From IMG/VR virus record IMGVR_UViG_3300028008_001363, positions 1 through 64,000 of that record: 64,000 nt of DNA; one strand, written 5' to 3'. This DNA comes from a virus. A model generated the notes under the pieces. It had not been told where the DNA came from. It made no database searches and saw only the letters and a program-made list of their open reading frames with translations. Within the stretch, counting starts at the first letter, position 1; each line of letters opens with the position of its first letter. A program made the position numbers and the translations under genes. Shown piece after piece: positions 47,101-57,243 of this stretch.

Positions 47101-47856
47101 ATGCGTGATATTTTAAAAGATATTGTAAAACATACACACTCACTTGGAATTATCCAAGCGGCTAAAGTGACAACAGATGCTGAAGGAACTACAATCGATG
47201 CAATGGACGATGACCGTACTGTTGTTTTGCGTGGTAAACTACATTCACCTGTTGCTGAATTCGAAGGTAAGTTTGGTCTAGGTAGACTAGGCGTACTTAA
47301 CGGACTACTTAGTTATAGCAGTGAAGACAAAGAAGGCAACATGGTACAATCTGAAGTCAAGGTTGGTACAGAAACACGTAATGGTGAAGATGTAACTACT
47401 GAACTAAACTTCTCAATGCCAGGTGGCTTCGATAGTTCGTATCGTGTAATCGTATCAGAACTAGTAGACGCACAAATCAAAACTGCAAGTTTTCGTGGTG
47501 CGGCATGGAATGTAGAGATTATGCCTACACAAAAAGCAATCAAAGACCTACAATACTTTGCAGGTATTCTTGGTGCTTTTGACCCGTTACTTACTGCAAG
47601 AACAGTTAACGGCAACTTAGTATTCTTTATTGGTGATAGTTCAACAGATAAAGTAGAACTTCCATTTGCAAGTAACGTAGAGGGTGAACTAAAGACAGGT
47701 TGGTCATTCCCATTGTCAACAGTTCTAACTATTCTTAAACTAAGTGACACAAGCACAATGAACATGAAGATTTCAGACCAAGGTGCTATGATGATTGCAG
47801 TTGATAGTGGGTTGGGTATGTATGAATATATTTTACCAGCAAAAGCAGGTAACTAA
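47101..47856 (+). CDS. Sliding clamp (gp45/PCNA-like)
   Basis: Size, position near the polymerase, alpha/beta pattern ending YEYILPA. Confidence 0.65.
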   Translation: MRDILKDIVKHTHSLGIIQAAKVTTDAEGTTIDAMDDDRTVVLRGKLHSPVAEFEGKFGLGRLGVLNGLLSYSSEDKEGNMVQSEVKVGTETRNGEDVTTELNFSMPGGFDSSYRVIVSELVDAQIKTASFRGAAWNVEIMPTQKAIKDLQYFAGILGAFDPLLTARTVNGNLVFFIGDSSTDKVELPFASNVEGELKTGWSFPLSTVLTILKLSDTSTMNMKISDQGAMMIAVDSGLGMYEYILPAKAGN

Positions 47857-47858
47857 AT

Positions 47859-47866
47859 TATAAATA
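47859..47866 (+). promoter_or_regulatory. T4-like late promoter
   Basis: TATAAATA. Confidence 0.5.
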
Positions 47867-47896
47867 CATCAGAGAGGTCTAATATAGGAGAAGCAA

Positions 47897-48106
47897 ATGA
47901 CTACACCCGTAAGACCAGACGTTGACGAAAAGAAACGTACACGCCTCATATATTTAAAGAAACAACACAGAGACCTAGACAACGGTATAACTACTGCATA
48001 CAATATGCGTACTGAAGACCTAGTAGTTTCTAAACTTAAGTTGAAGAAGTTGCATCTAAAAGAAGAAATTCTACGGCTAGAAGAAGAGTTAGCAGGAAAC
48101 TTGTGA
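47897..48106 (+). CDS. DUF465/YdcH-like coiled-coil protein
   Basis: LKKQHRDLD...LKLKKLHLKEEI. Confidence 0.75.
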   Translation: MTTPVRPDVDEKKRTRLIYLKKQHRDLDNGITTAYNMRTEDLVVSKLKLKKLHLKEEILRLEEELAGNL

Positions 48107-48654
48107 CTATTATAAAACCTACACCAAAAACTATTCAAAATTTGATTAGAGTAATACCAGACCATCCTAGGCCTGGTGTTCTCTATCAGGATATGGCTAG
48201 TATATTTAATGCACCTCAAGGTCTTCAACATGTAATGACTTTGTTTTCAGACTATATTGAAGAAAACAATATTCAATTTAACAAAATCATTGGGCTAGAT
48301 GCTCGTGGTTTTCCTATGGCAGGTGCATTAAGTTCACAAACTGGTATACCATTTTCTATGGCTAGAAAGAAAGGTAAACTACCAGGTGAAACTATCTTTA
48401 CACAATATGAACTAGAATATGGAACTGATGAATTACATCTACAGAAAGGTGCAATACAAAGAGGTGACAAAGTTCTGGTCATAGATGATGTTATTGCAAC
48501 TGGTGGGACACTAGGTGCTGTGATTACATTAACTGATAGATTTGGTGCTGATATTAGTAGTATACTAAGTATAATGGAACTAGAGTTTTTAGGTGGTGGT
48601 GCTAAGTTACGAGACGAAGGCTACGATGTATACTCTATACTCCAAGAACAATAA
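48103..48654 (+). CDS. apt: Adenine phosphoribosyltransferase
   Basis: PDHPRPGV, DARGF, RKKGKLPG, YELEYG, VIDDVIATGGT. Confidence 0.95.
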   Translation: MTIIKPTPKTIQNLIRVIPDHPRPGVLYQDMASIFNAPQGLQHVMTLFSDYIEENNIQFNKIIGLDARGFPMAGALSSQTGIPFSMARKKGKLPGETIFTQYELEYGTDELHLQKGAIQRGDKVLVIDDVIATGGTLGAVITLTDRFGADISSILSIMELEFLGGGAKLRDEGYDVYSILQEQ

Positions 48655-48669
48655 CATAAAAGGGTTTAA

Positions 48670-49752
48670 ATGAACAACTATATTTTTACAAGCGAAAGTG
48701 TAAGCGATGGACATCCAGATAAAGTTTCTGACCAGATTAGTGATGCATTAGTTGATGCAGGACTAAAGAATGGCGATGAAACTACTCGTGTTGCTATCGA
48801 AACACTTGTAACCACTAACCACGTAACGGTAGCGGGTGAAGTAAAGAACTTTAACGTAGATAATGTAAAAGATATTATACGAGATAAAGTTAAAGAAATT
48901 GGCTATGAACAAGAAGGATTTCATTGGGATAATTTAAATATCTATAATGAAATACATTCACAATCAGGTGATATTGGATTAGGTACTGATGACTTTGGTG
49001 CAGGTGACCAAGGCATTATGTTTGGCTATGCAACTAATGAAAACGATGCAATGCTACCAGCACCAATTTACTATTCACATGAAATTCTAAAGAAACTAAA
49101 AGAACTTAGATTAGATGGATATGATTTCTTACTTCCAGATGCTAAGTCTCAAGTAAGTATTCAGTATGTTGGTGGTCGTGTTCAACGAGCAGACCAAATT
49201 GTAGTAAGTACACAACATAAACAGGGCTTTATGCATAGTCTTAAAGCACCAGTGAAAGAAGCAGTCAATAGTGTAATGGGAGATTTAATAGATGACAATA
49301 CTAAATGGCATATCAATCCTACAGGCAATTTTGTCATTGGTGGTCCTGATGGTGATACAGGACTCACCGGGCGTAAGATTATCGTTGATACTTATGGTGG
49401 CTATGCTCCCCATGGTGGTGGTGCTTTTAGTGGAAAAGACCCCACAAAAGTCGACCGAAGTGCCGCCTATATGGCACGGTGGTTAGCAAAGAATGTTGTA
49501 GCAGACAATATGGCAGATTGGTGTCAAATTCAATTGTCATATGCTATTGGTGTAAAAGAACCAACAAGTATCTATATAGATAGTAATGGACACAACAGAA
49601 CTATTCAAAAGTTTATCGAAGAAAACATTGACCTAACACCAAAGGGTATCATTGATAGATTTGATTTATTCAAGTTTTATGGTTATAGTGAAAACTGTAT
49701 CTACGGACACTTTGGCAACAAAGATGTACCATGGGAAAAGATTGGATGGTAA
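48670..49752 (+). CDS. metK: S-adenosylmethionine synthetase
   Basis: FTSESVSDGHPDK, GAGDQG, GGGAFSGKDPTKVDRS. Confidence 0.97.
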   Translation: MNNYIFTSESVSDGHPDKVSDQISDALVDAGLKNGDETTRVAIETLVTTNHVTVAGEVKNFNVDNVKDIIRDKVKEIGYEQEGFHWDNLNIYNEIHSQSGDIGLGTDDFGAGDQGIMFGYATNENDAMLPAPIYYSHEILKKLKELRLDGYDFLLPDAKSQVSIQYVGGRVQRADQIVVSTQHKQGFMHSLKAPVKEAVNSVMGDLIDDNTKWHINPTGNFVIGGPDGDTGLTGRKIIVDTYGGYAPHGGGAFSGKDPTKVDRSAAYMARWLAKNVVADNMADWCQIQLSYAIGVKEPTSIYIDSNGHNRTIQKFIEENIDLTPKGIIDRFDLFKFYGYSENCIYGHFGNKDVPWEKIGW

Positions 49753-49773
49753 CAATTGAAAAGGAGAAATATT

Positions 49774-50241
49774 ATGGCAAAGACACTTAATCCAAATTCA
49801 TGGTTTGGCACGCCAGAAGAAAAAGAACGAGCGATTGCTAGGCGCATCACCGATGAAAAAGAACAAGCAATTGCACTAGAAGAAATCAATTTCAAGTATG
49901 GTCATACAGACCAACATACTTACGACAAGAACATGGCTACACATAAAGGTGAACAGTATGTTCGAGTTATTGGTATGGAATTAGACAAAGATAAACCAGG
50001 ACAAGGTTTCTTTGAGTTAGATTTCAACGACCAATTCGTAGAATATCTTGCACAGAATGGCTATGAAGGTTTAGAACAAGAACAAATCGTTGATAATTGG
50101 TTCAATGATTTATGTAAGAACATTGTACTAAATGATTTAGAAGACGAAGAAGGCATTAGAAGAAGCGTAATGTCTGATAGCAAAGATGGACTAATCATTA
50201 GTAAAGTCAAAACTGACAAGGATACTTCAGAATATTATTAA
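49774..50241 (+). CDS. hypothetical phage protein
   Basis: SD AAGGAG; GFFELDFN...IVDNWF. Confidence 0.7.
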   Translation: MAKTLNPNSWFGTPEEKERAIARRITDEKEQAIALEEINFKYGHTDQHTYDKNMATHKGEQYVRVIGMELDKDKPGQGFFELDFNDQFVEYLAQNGYEGLEQEQIVDNWFNDLCKNIVLNDLEDEEGIRRSVMSDSKDGLIISKVKTDKDTSEYY

Positions 50242-50243
50242 AC

Positions 50244-50272
50244 TTGACCATTTTAACAAGTTGTGTTATAAT
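50244..50272 (+). promoter_or_regulatory. sigma70-like promoter
   Basis: TTGACC-17-TATAAT. Confidence 0.75.
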
Positions 50273-50304
50273 AGTAGTAACTTTAATACAGTAGTGAGGA
50301 ATAC

Positions 50305-51303
50305 ATGAGTACCTATATCTTAGTTGATTCGTTTAATATGTATCACAGAGCCAAACACGTAGCAATGCGTGGTGCTAATATTGATATGAAAATCGGTATG
50401 GCATACCACATTATGCTTAGTAGTGTAAAACTATGTTATAACAAATTCAATGCAGACCATGCCGTGTTCTGCCTAGAAGGTCGCAGTTGGCGTAAAGACT
50501 TCTATGAGCCATATAAGAAGAATAGAAAAGTTGCTCAAATGGCTAAGAGTGTTAGAGAGCAAGAAGAAGACCAAATCATGTTCGATGCCTATGCAGACAT
50601 GGTAGAGTTTTTAGATACAAAAACTAATGTAACTATGTTACGAAATCCAGAAGCAGAAGCAGACGATATGATTGCTTTGTTTATTGAGGCGCATCCAAAT
50701 GATAATCATATTATCGTATCAAGCGATAGTGATTACTTTCAACTTATCACTGACAATGTAACTATGTATGATGGTGTACAAAATCGTATCATTACTAAAG
50801 ATGGTTTCTTTAAAGATGATAAGAATATGACCCCTATCAAAGAGAAGAAGACTGGTGAGATTAAAGAGAAAGTAGACCCGAAGTGGGCATTGTTTGAGAA
50901 ATGTGTCCGTGGCGATACATCAGATAATATCTTTTCAGCATATCCTGGCTGTCGTAAGAAAGGTACCAAGAACAAGATTGGTATGTTAGAAGCATTCGCA
51001 GATAAAGATGCTGGTGGTTTCAACTGGAATAACTTTATGTTACAACGCTGGACTGACCATAATGGTGAAGAACATACTGTCCGTGAAGACTATGAACGCA
51101 ATGTTAAACTAGTAGACTTAACGGCTCAACCACATGAACTTAAAGTAAAGTTTATTGAAACTATTGCAGAGAATAGTATTCCTAAGACTAATGCTGGTGT
51201 TGGTATGAACTTCTTAAAGTTCTGTGGCATACATGATTTACAAAATCTTGCTAAGTCACCTGACGAACTTGCTAAAATACTTAACAATCCGTATCCGTCT
51301 TAA
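50305..51303 (+). CDS. rnh: T4 RNase H-like 5'-3' exonuclease/flap endonuclease
   Basis: ILVD, SWRK..Y..YK.NR, EADD, SSDSD, GDTSDNI. Confidence 0.92.
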   Translation: MSTYILVDSFNMYHRAKHVAMRGANIDMKIGMAYHIMLSSVKLCYNKFNADHAVFCLEGRSWRKDFYEPYKKNRKVAQMAKSVREQEEDQIMFDAYADMVEFLDTKTNVTMLRNPEAEADDMIALFIEAHPNDNHIIVSSDSDYFQLITDNVTMYDGVQNRIITKDGFFKDDKNMTPIKEKKTGEIKEKVDPKWALFEKCVRGDTSDNIFSAYPGCRKKGTKNKIGMLEAFADKDAGGFNWNNFMLQRWTDHNGEEHTVREDYERNVKLVDLTAQPHELKVKFIETIAENSIPKTNAGVGMNFLKFCGIHDLQNLAKSPDELAKILNNPYPS

Positions 51304-52022
51304 TGCATTTTATATTTGACGTAGATGGTACTCTAACACCAAGTAGAGATAGAATAGATGAAGACTTTAGACTATGGTTCTTAGAGTTCATCAAGTGGAA
51401 TAATGTTTACTTAGTTACAGGAAGTGATAGAAGTAAAACAGAAGAACAAGTTGGTGAAGAAGTATTTGAAAAGGTAGAATGTGTATACAATTCTTCTGGC
51501 AATACCAAATATAAAAATGGTATATGCGTAATGAATTCAAAAAACTTAGAACTGCCACGTGATGCGTATGCTTTCTTATTAAAGAAATCTATTAGTAGTG
51601 ATTTTGATATCGCCACAGGCAATCATTTTGAAGCAAGACCAGGACTATTAAACTTTAGTGTTGTTGGTAGAAATGCTAACAGAGTACAACGAAAGAAGTA
51701 TGTTAAGTTTGATACTACAACTAATGAAAGACAAAAGATTTCTGATGAATTTAACAAAAAGTTTACTGGTAAGTTTGGTCTAATATCACAGGTTGCAGGT
51801 GAAACAGGATTAGATATTATTGAGATGGGTAAAGACAAAGCACAAATATTAAAGGATTTTACATTCCAAGATAAGTTGATATTCTTTGGTGACAACATAC
51901 AATGGGGCGGCAACGATTATGGCATTGCACAAGCAATTGAATATGGTCCATATGCGTACAGTGAATGTCACAATGTAAAGAATTGGAAAGAAACTTGGAA
52001 GATACTAAAAAGATTTAAATGA
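51303..52022 (+). CDS. Phosphomannomutase-like HAD-IIB enzyme
   Basis: FDVDGTLTPSR, VTGSD, NFSVVGRNA, FFGD...GGNDY. Confidence 0.85.
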   Translation: MHFIFDVDGTLTPSRDRIDEDFRLWFLEFIKWNNVYLVTGSDRSKTEEQVGEEVFEKVECVYNSSGNTKYKNGICVMNSKNLELPRDAYAFLLKKSISSDFDIATGNHFEARPGLLNFSVVGRNANRVQRKKYVKFDTTTNERQKISDEFNKKFTGKFGLISQVAGETGLDIIEMGKDKAQILKDFTFQDKLIFFGDNIQWGGNDYGIAQAIEYGPYAYSECHNVKNWKETWKILKRFK

Positions 52023-52552
52023 TATATACGAAAGAAATAGTTAAAGATAAGTTTTGGATTGTAGAGAATTCAGGAGTTAAAATAGGAACAATACGTTTCT
52101 GTTCGTCTGATGATTTTGAATTGAATTTGAGAGACGATGAACTATCAACTAACGAGCATATATCATTGTCTGAACTTACCTCACGTTTTGGTGAAAAGAT
52201 ACTAGAAGCAAAAGAAACTACTGTAAAGATTGTTGATGAAAACAAAGTAGGACCTCGTGGTGGATGGAATACTTCACCAGCAGATATCGATGGCTATCCT
52301 TCTAAACATGTAGTATATAATACTGAAACAATTGAACTAAAAGACAAACAAATACCAACTTATACCAAAAGTGCGACAAGCAAAGTAAGATATGCCGCTG
52401 GATACTATGGAGTAAGATTTCCAAGTGACTGGCGATGGTTTTATGGCGGTAAACTAGAAACACTAAATACATGTGATTTCATAGGACCTTTTAAAACGAA
52501 ATCAGAAATGCAAACTGAAACATTATTGGCGAACAAACGAGATGGATTATAA
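52019..52552 (+). CDS. hypothetical phage protein
   Basis: KFWIV, YAAGYY, GPFKT. Confidence 0.65.
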   Translation: MIYTKEIVKDKFWIVENSGVKIGTIRFCSSDDFELNLRDDELSTNEHISLSELTSRFGEKILEAKETTVKIVDENKVGPRGGWNTSPADIDGYPSKHVVYNTETIELKDKQIPTYTKSATSKVRYAAGYYGVRFPSDWRWFYGGKLETLNTCDFIGPFKTKSEMQTETLLANKRDGL

Positions 52553-52733
52553 AAGTTTAAAAGATTTTCTAGCAACAATCAAACGTATAAATCTAAGAGG
52601 CGATAACAAGATAGTATTGCCAATGAAAGATGCAATAGATATTCAAAATGATATTGCTTTACTATTACTAGAACTAAAAGATAAAGACTCAGGAACAACT
52701 AAAGTTTTTGATGGTGGAACCTTTGATAAATGA
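52542..52733 (+). CDS. small hypothetical protein
   Basis: Overlapping operon ORF ending DGGTF. Confidence 0.55.
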   Translation: MDYKSLKDFLATIKRINLRGDNKIVLPMKDAIDIQNDIALLLLELKDKDSGTTKVFDGGTFDK

Positions 52734-53458
52734 TTGGTATATTTGGTGATAGTTTTAGTGATGAAATTGATACTAGTATAGGTGGATATCTAGGAGGCTG
52801 GCCATCTGCTTTAGGTAAGTTGTATGATGAAGAAATAGAGAATTTTAGTGAATCATCTACATCTATTTCATATAGTTATCAAAAATTCTGTGAGCAAGAT
52901 TTAAGTAAATATTCAAAGGTTGTCTTTGTTGTTACCTATCCAACTAGACAACTTCTTATTAATAACGCAGAACACAAATCAATACAGTTTCAAGGTGATG
53001 TAACTCGGTCGATTCAACATAACAAAGACTTTAATATAGACTTAACCTTATCAGACAAACGTGTATTAGAATACCAAGAAAACATAACTGCATTTTATCC
53101 TGACACATGGAACTTCGTTAAAAGAGCAGTAAAAGGTGATGTTTTACACTCGCATAAGAATGCTCTAGTATTGGACGTAGAATTACTAGGTACTATAACT
53201 ACTTTAGGATTAAATACTCCTATGGCTCCTTGGTTTACAACACCAAAAGGTGAAGAATGGCATACTAAATATATAGAGACTGCCGAACTAGGAAGAGTGT
53301 GTCATTTTAGTACGCAACAAAATATAGAGTTAGCAGTTCTTATTAAAGATTACTTTGATAATGGGATTGATATACATAATGAGATTAAATGGCACACAGA
53401 TAAATATTTTACTATACCAGAATCAATGGAAGATGCTGGTCTTAAATTGAGAAGGTAG
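52730..53458 (+). CDS. SGNH/GDSL-like protein (paralog 1)
   Basis: IFGDSF, GWP, distal CH. Confidence 0.6.
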   Translation: MIGIFGDSFSDEIDTSIGGYLGGWPSALGKLYDEEIENFSESSTSISYSYQKFCEQDLSKYSKVVFVVTYPTRQLLINNAEHKSIQFQGDVTRSIQHNKDFNIDLTLSDKRVLEYQENITAFYPDTWNFVKRAVKGDVLHSHKNALVLDVELLGTITTLGLNTPMAPWFTTPKGEEWHTKYIETAELGRVCHFSTQQNIELAVLIKDYFDNGIDIHNEIKWHTDKYFTIPESMEDAGLKLRR

Positions 53459-53462
53459 TCAA

Positions 53463-54155
53463 ATGATTGGAATATTTGGTGATAGTTTTGCATATGAAGG
53501 TCATGGCTCACATGTAAATGTAGGATGGCCCACATATCTTTCTGATTTATATAACGAAGAAAATCAGAACTTTTCAATCTCAGGTTCATCAATTCCTTAC
53601 AGTTATCAATTACTTTGTGAGAAAGACTTAAGTATATACTCAAAAGTTATATTCATTGCTACAGAACCACGTAGACTCCACTTTGTAGATAAAAAAACTA
53701 ATAAAGAAATGTTATGGAATGGTCGTGATGTACCTGGTTCAATAATATGTAATTCAGTCGATACTTATTCTTCATATGACACATCTTACGATGGAGTAGC
53801 CCTAAGATACCAAGAATACATAACGGCAATGTATCCTGATAGTTGGAAGTGGATGGCTAAAGCAATGAGAAATGATGTTGTTCGTAAACACGAAAATTTA
53901 TTATTATTAGATATATTCGAACTATCATTTATAAGTAACTTGGGCGCACCAGATAGGCCATGGCATATTGATTGGACAGAAGACAATAATATTAGAAGTT
54001 GTCATATGACAAAATTACAGAATAGAGAACTTGCAGGATATATTAAAGATTACTTTGATAATGGATTTGATATACATAATACATTAAAGTCTGATACTGT
54101 AAAAGAATACTATACTGAACCTTTGCACCATGAATCGGGATTTGTAAAAAAATGA
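53463..54155 (+). CDS. SGNH/GDSL-like protein (paralog 2)
   Basis: IFGDSF, GWP, NFSISGSS, distal CH. Confidence 0.6.
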   Translation: MIGIFGDSFAYEGHGSHVNVGWPTYLSDLYNEENQNFSISGSSIPYSYQLLCEKDLSIYSKVIFIATEPRRLHFVDKKTNKEMLWNGRDVPGSIICNSVDTYSSYDTSYDGVALRYQEYITAMYPDSWKWMAKAMRNDVVRKHENLLLLDIFELSFISNLGAPDRPWHIDWTEDNNIRSCHMTKLQNRELAGYIKDYFDNGFDIHNTLKSDTVKEYYTEPLHHESGFVKK

Positions 54156-54835
54156 TTGATACAAAAACATGGGTATTTGGTACTACATCAGAATTAAGTA
54201 AAAAGATTATAAGCAATGTAGAAGAGCCTATTCTATTTGGTAGACATAATGTAGATTACAGTGACCCAGATAAATTCATAAAAGAACATGTAGTTGATGA
54301 TAACCCAATTGAAATGATTGTTAATATTCGTCTTCCACATATGTCAGGTTTTGTACCTTTAACTAACATCAACGAATTTAATAATCTTTTTGTAGAACAG
54401 AATAGTAATATATTCTTCTTTTACAAACTACTTACTGCTACTGCTGATATGAAGAAACCAGTGAAGGTTTGCTTTATAACAAGTACTTTTCCTAATACAT
54501 CTTGTGTGAAAATGAAGAAAGACGTATCATCACAAGACCACATAGAAAGTGTTATTGGGTTTCAAAATTATTTTACTTATGCTAGTACTAGAGCCATTCA
54601 ACAGTTTGCATTCTTTTCTAGGACCAATGAATATACAAAGTCTATAGGTGTTAGTCCGTCAGGTATAAATGAGAGTAACATAGACGAATACGCAAGAAGA
54701 ATAACAAATATAGTTAAAGAAGACCGAGTAGATAAACAATGGGGTTGTGTATACGATTTAAGTAGACCAGAAGGTTGGTCAGAAACATGGCCAGATGCTG
54801 ATATATGTAACGGTTTTTGGTTTTTCTATAACTAA
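54152..54835 (+). CDS. Degenerate SDR/Rossmann-like protein
   Basis: VFGTTSELS, FITS, YASTR (YxxxK-like), VSPSG. Confidence 0.45.
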   Translation: MIDTKTWVFGTTSELSKKIISNVEEPILFGRHNVDYSDPDKFIKEHVVDDNPIEMIVNIRLPHMSGFVPLTNINEFNNLFVEQNSNIFFFYKLLTATADMKKPVKVCFITSTFPNTSCVKMKKDVSSQDHIESVIGFQNYFTYASTRAIQQFAFFSRTNEYTKSIGVSPSGINESNIDEYARRITNIVKEDRVDKQWGCVYDLSRPEGWSETWPDADICNGFWFFYN

Positions 54836-54871
54836 AATAACCATTATATACGTATGTTATAGGGGAAATTA

Positions 54872-54879
54872 GATAAATA
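54872..54879 (+). promoter_or_regulatory. T4-like late promoter
   Basis: GATAAATA. Confidence 0.5.
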
Positions 54880-54907
54880 AGAGTATAATCAATACGAGGA
54901 TACTCAT

Positions 54908-55195
54908 ATGGCTAGACCTAAACCAACGATAATCTTAGAGCATACAGATAATCAAACATATCGCAGTGAGCAAGTACTCAAAGCAACCGCTGTTTACTCC
55001 GTCTTTTATAAGGGGGTAGCCATTAACTTACGTAGCCTAAATTCATTGGTTAATTTTCCTGGTCCAAAATACAAGAAAGTATCATTCAGTAATCCTGGAC
55101 ACGCAATCAACTTAGCACAACGATTAAATAAATTGTTTAGATGTGATGATTTCGAGGTATACATACTTACCAAGGGTGACAAACTAGAGTTGTAA
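54908..55195 (+). CDS. hypothetical phage protein
   Basis: MARPKP...GPKYKKVSFSNPGHA; SD GAGG. Confidence 0.7.
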   Translation: MARPKPTIILEHTDNQTYRSEQVLKATAVYSVFYKGVAINLRSLNSLVNFPGPKYKKVSFSNPGHAINLAQRLNKLFRCDDFEVYILTKGDKLEL

Positions 55196-55197
55196 AA

Positions 55198-55587
55198 GTG
55201 AATAAGAGAGAGTTAATAAACTATATTAACAAACACACAACTGGAAAAACAGCAGGCAGAAAAGAAATTACTATTAGTGATATCTTTATCAGCGCCCGTT
55301 CTGATGCCGGCTTTAGAGTGTCACCACTAGGCAGAGATATTCTTTCTAAACATTTCACCAAATATAACATAGAACTAAAGTTGAATTCAACTACCTTACA
55401 TAAGCATAGACAAAATGCAATAGGAACAGGCAACCAAATACTTACACTTGATAAGTATCTTAAAACACCATATTATCTAAACAGGTCTAAACTAGTTCTA
55501 TTTGAAGAAGTTGCCGCGGCTGAACTCTCAATGATTGATGGTGACATAGAACTATGGCTACGAAATAAAACTTTTTATTCTGATTAA
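55198..55587 (+). CDS. hypothetical protein
   Basis: GTG start, 129 aa. Confidence 0.6.
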   Translation: MNKRELINYINKHTTGKTAGRKEITISDIFISARSDAGFRVSPLGRDILSKHFTKYNIELKLNSTTLHKHRQNAIGTGNQILTLDKYLKTPYYLNRSKLVLFEEVAAAELSMIDGDIELWLRNKTFYSD

Positions 55588-55591
55588 GAAC

Positions 55592-55630
55592 TTGACAAAT
55601 CCTCGAATCGATGTATACTATAAGTATAGT
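55592..55630 (+). promoter_or_regulatory. Early promoter with overlapping palindrome
   Basis: TTGACA-16-TATACT; ACTATA-AG-TATAGT at 55617-55630. Confidence 0.8.
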
Positions 55631-55652
55631 TAATCATTAAGAGGACAATAAC

Positions 55653-55907
55653 ATGACTAATCCGTACAAATTCAAAGTCTTTGTTAAACAATTCAACGAA
55701 TCAGCAAATCTACAAGAAAATCAAATGCCAGATGGAAACTCTATCAACTGGAATTTTGTTGATGCAGACATGTGTTTGCGTGGATGGGATGTTGCCTTCG
55801 GTCGTGATGAATGGGATTCTATTTTCTGTAAAATGGCAGATGATTTCATCCTTAATGATGCGGCCTCGAAATTAGAGGTTCTTAAAAAAGAATATTTGGG
55901 TCAATAA
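55653..55907 (+). CDS. small early protein
   Basis: SD GAGG; INWNFVDAD motif. Confidence 0.65.
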   Translation: MTNPYKFKVFVKQFNESANLQENQMPDGNSINWNFVDADMCLRGWDVAFGRDEWDSIFCKMADDFILNDAASKLEVLKKEYLGQ

Positions 55908-55916
55908 GTGAAAAAC

Positions 55917-55944
55917 TTGACAAATCCCCGAATCGTGTTACAAT
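55917..55944 (+). promoter_or_regulatory. Early promoter
   Basis: TTGACA-16-TACAAT. Confidence 0.8.
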
Positions 55945-55973
55945 AATAGTATATTAAATAGAGAGGTTAAGTT

Positions 55974-57098
55974 ATGAAAGTATCAACAAACGATTTAGAT
56001 GTGAGAGTAGTTCGTCCTAGTGATGTACGTGCCGAGATTAATTACGCTATGAACCGAAAGCGTCCGGTATTCATATGGGGACCTCCTGGTGTTGGTAAAT
56101 CAGAAATTGTAGATAGCATTACCCAAGAACGTTCTGGGTTTATGATTGACCTTCGTCTCGCTCTTATGGAGCCCACAGATTTACGAGGTATTCCATACTT
56201 CAATGAGAAGAATGGTACTATGGAATGGGCCACACCTTCAGATTTGCCTAGCCAAGAACTTGCTGACCAATATGAAAGTGTTGTTCTTTTCTTAGATGAA
56301 ATGAACCAAGCACCACAATCAGTTCAAGCCGCGGCTTATCAGTTAATTCTAAACCGTCGTTTAGGTTCTTATGTGCTACCAGATAACGTGTTAATCGTTG
56401 CGGCTGGTAACCGTGAAAGTGACCGAGGTGTTGCATATCGTATGCCTTCACCACTTGCTAACCGTTTTGTTCACCTTGAAATGGGTGTTGACTTCGAAGA
56501 TTGGCAGACTTGGGCATTAGAGAACAAAATCAGTGCCGATGTGGTTGGTTTCTTAACGTCTAACAAGATGGACTTATTCAACTTTGACCCACGTCAGGCG
56601 AGCCGTGCCTTTGCTACTCCTCGTTCTTGGACTTTTGTTTCTGAAATGTTACCACAAGAAGGTGAAGAAATTTCACAAAGTCGTTTACATGACTTGATTG
56701 CTGGTACAGTTGGTGATGGTGTTGCTACTAAGTTTATGGCTCACAGAGCCTTGTCAAGTAAGTTGCCTGTTCCTTCTGATATCTTAGATGGTACAGTTAC
56801 AACTCTTTCATCAGAAGCACGTGAGATTTCAGCGATGTTCTCGTTGACAACTTCACTATGTTACGAGTTGAAAGACTTTGTAGACCGTAACGGTAAAGAC
56901 AAAATGGATGAGTTATATAGCATGGCTAATAACTTCTTTAAGTTTATGATGGAAAACTTTGATACTGAAATGACAGTATTAGGTGGTCGTACTGCTCTTA
57001 AAGTTTACAAACTTCCATTAGAGCCTCGTAAAGTGCCTTGTATTGAAGATTTCTTCAAAAAGCATGGTAAACTTATCATCGAGGCCCATAACGCCTAA
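55974..57098 (+). CDS. MoxR-like AAA+ ATPase
   Basis: WGPPGVGKS, DLRGIP, LFLDE, AAGN, LANRF, TPRSW. Confidence 0.9.
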   Translation: MKVSTNDLDVRVVRPSDVRAEINYAMNRKRPVFIWGPPGVGKSEIVDSITQERSGFMIDLRLALMEPTDLRGIPYFNEKNGTMEWATPSDLPSQELADQYESVVLFLDEMNQAPQSVQAAAYQLILNRRLGSYVLPDNVLIVAAGNRESDRGVAYRMPSPLANRFVHLEMGVDFEDWQTWALENKISADVVGFLTSNKMDLFNFDPRQASRAFATPRSWTFVSEMLPQEGEEISQSRLHDLIAGTVGDGVATKFMAHRALSSKLPVPSDILDGTVTTLSSEAREISAMFSLTTSLCYELKDFVDRNGKDKMDELYSMANNFFKFMMENFDTEMTVLGGRTALKVYKLPLEPRKVPCIEDFFKKHGKLIIEAHNA

Positions 57099-57165
57099 AA
57101 GAATAGCCCACTAGGGGGCTGCCGGGATACGTAGGGTATCAGGTAATCCTAGACTACAGGAGACG

Positions 57166-57194
57166 GGAGGCTAACAGAAATGTTAGTCTCCTTT
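57166..57194 (+). terminator. Strong hairpin/terminator
   Basis: GGAGGCTAACA-GAAA-TGTTAGTCTCC-TTT. Confidence 0.7.
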
Positions 57195-57208
57195 ACTGTA
57201 TGTCCCTA

Positions 57209-57237
57209 TTGACTTTCCTTGATTTTTATGGTATACT
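57209..57237 (+). promoter_or_regulatory. sigma70-like promoter, leaderless geometry
   Basis: TTGACT-17-TATACT, ATG 6 nt downstream. Confidence 0.65.
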
Positions 57238-57243
57238 GGTGTA

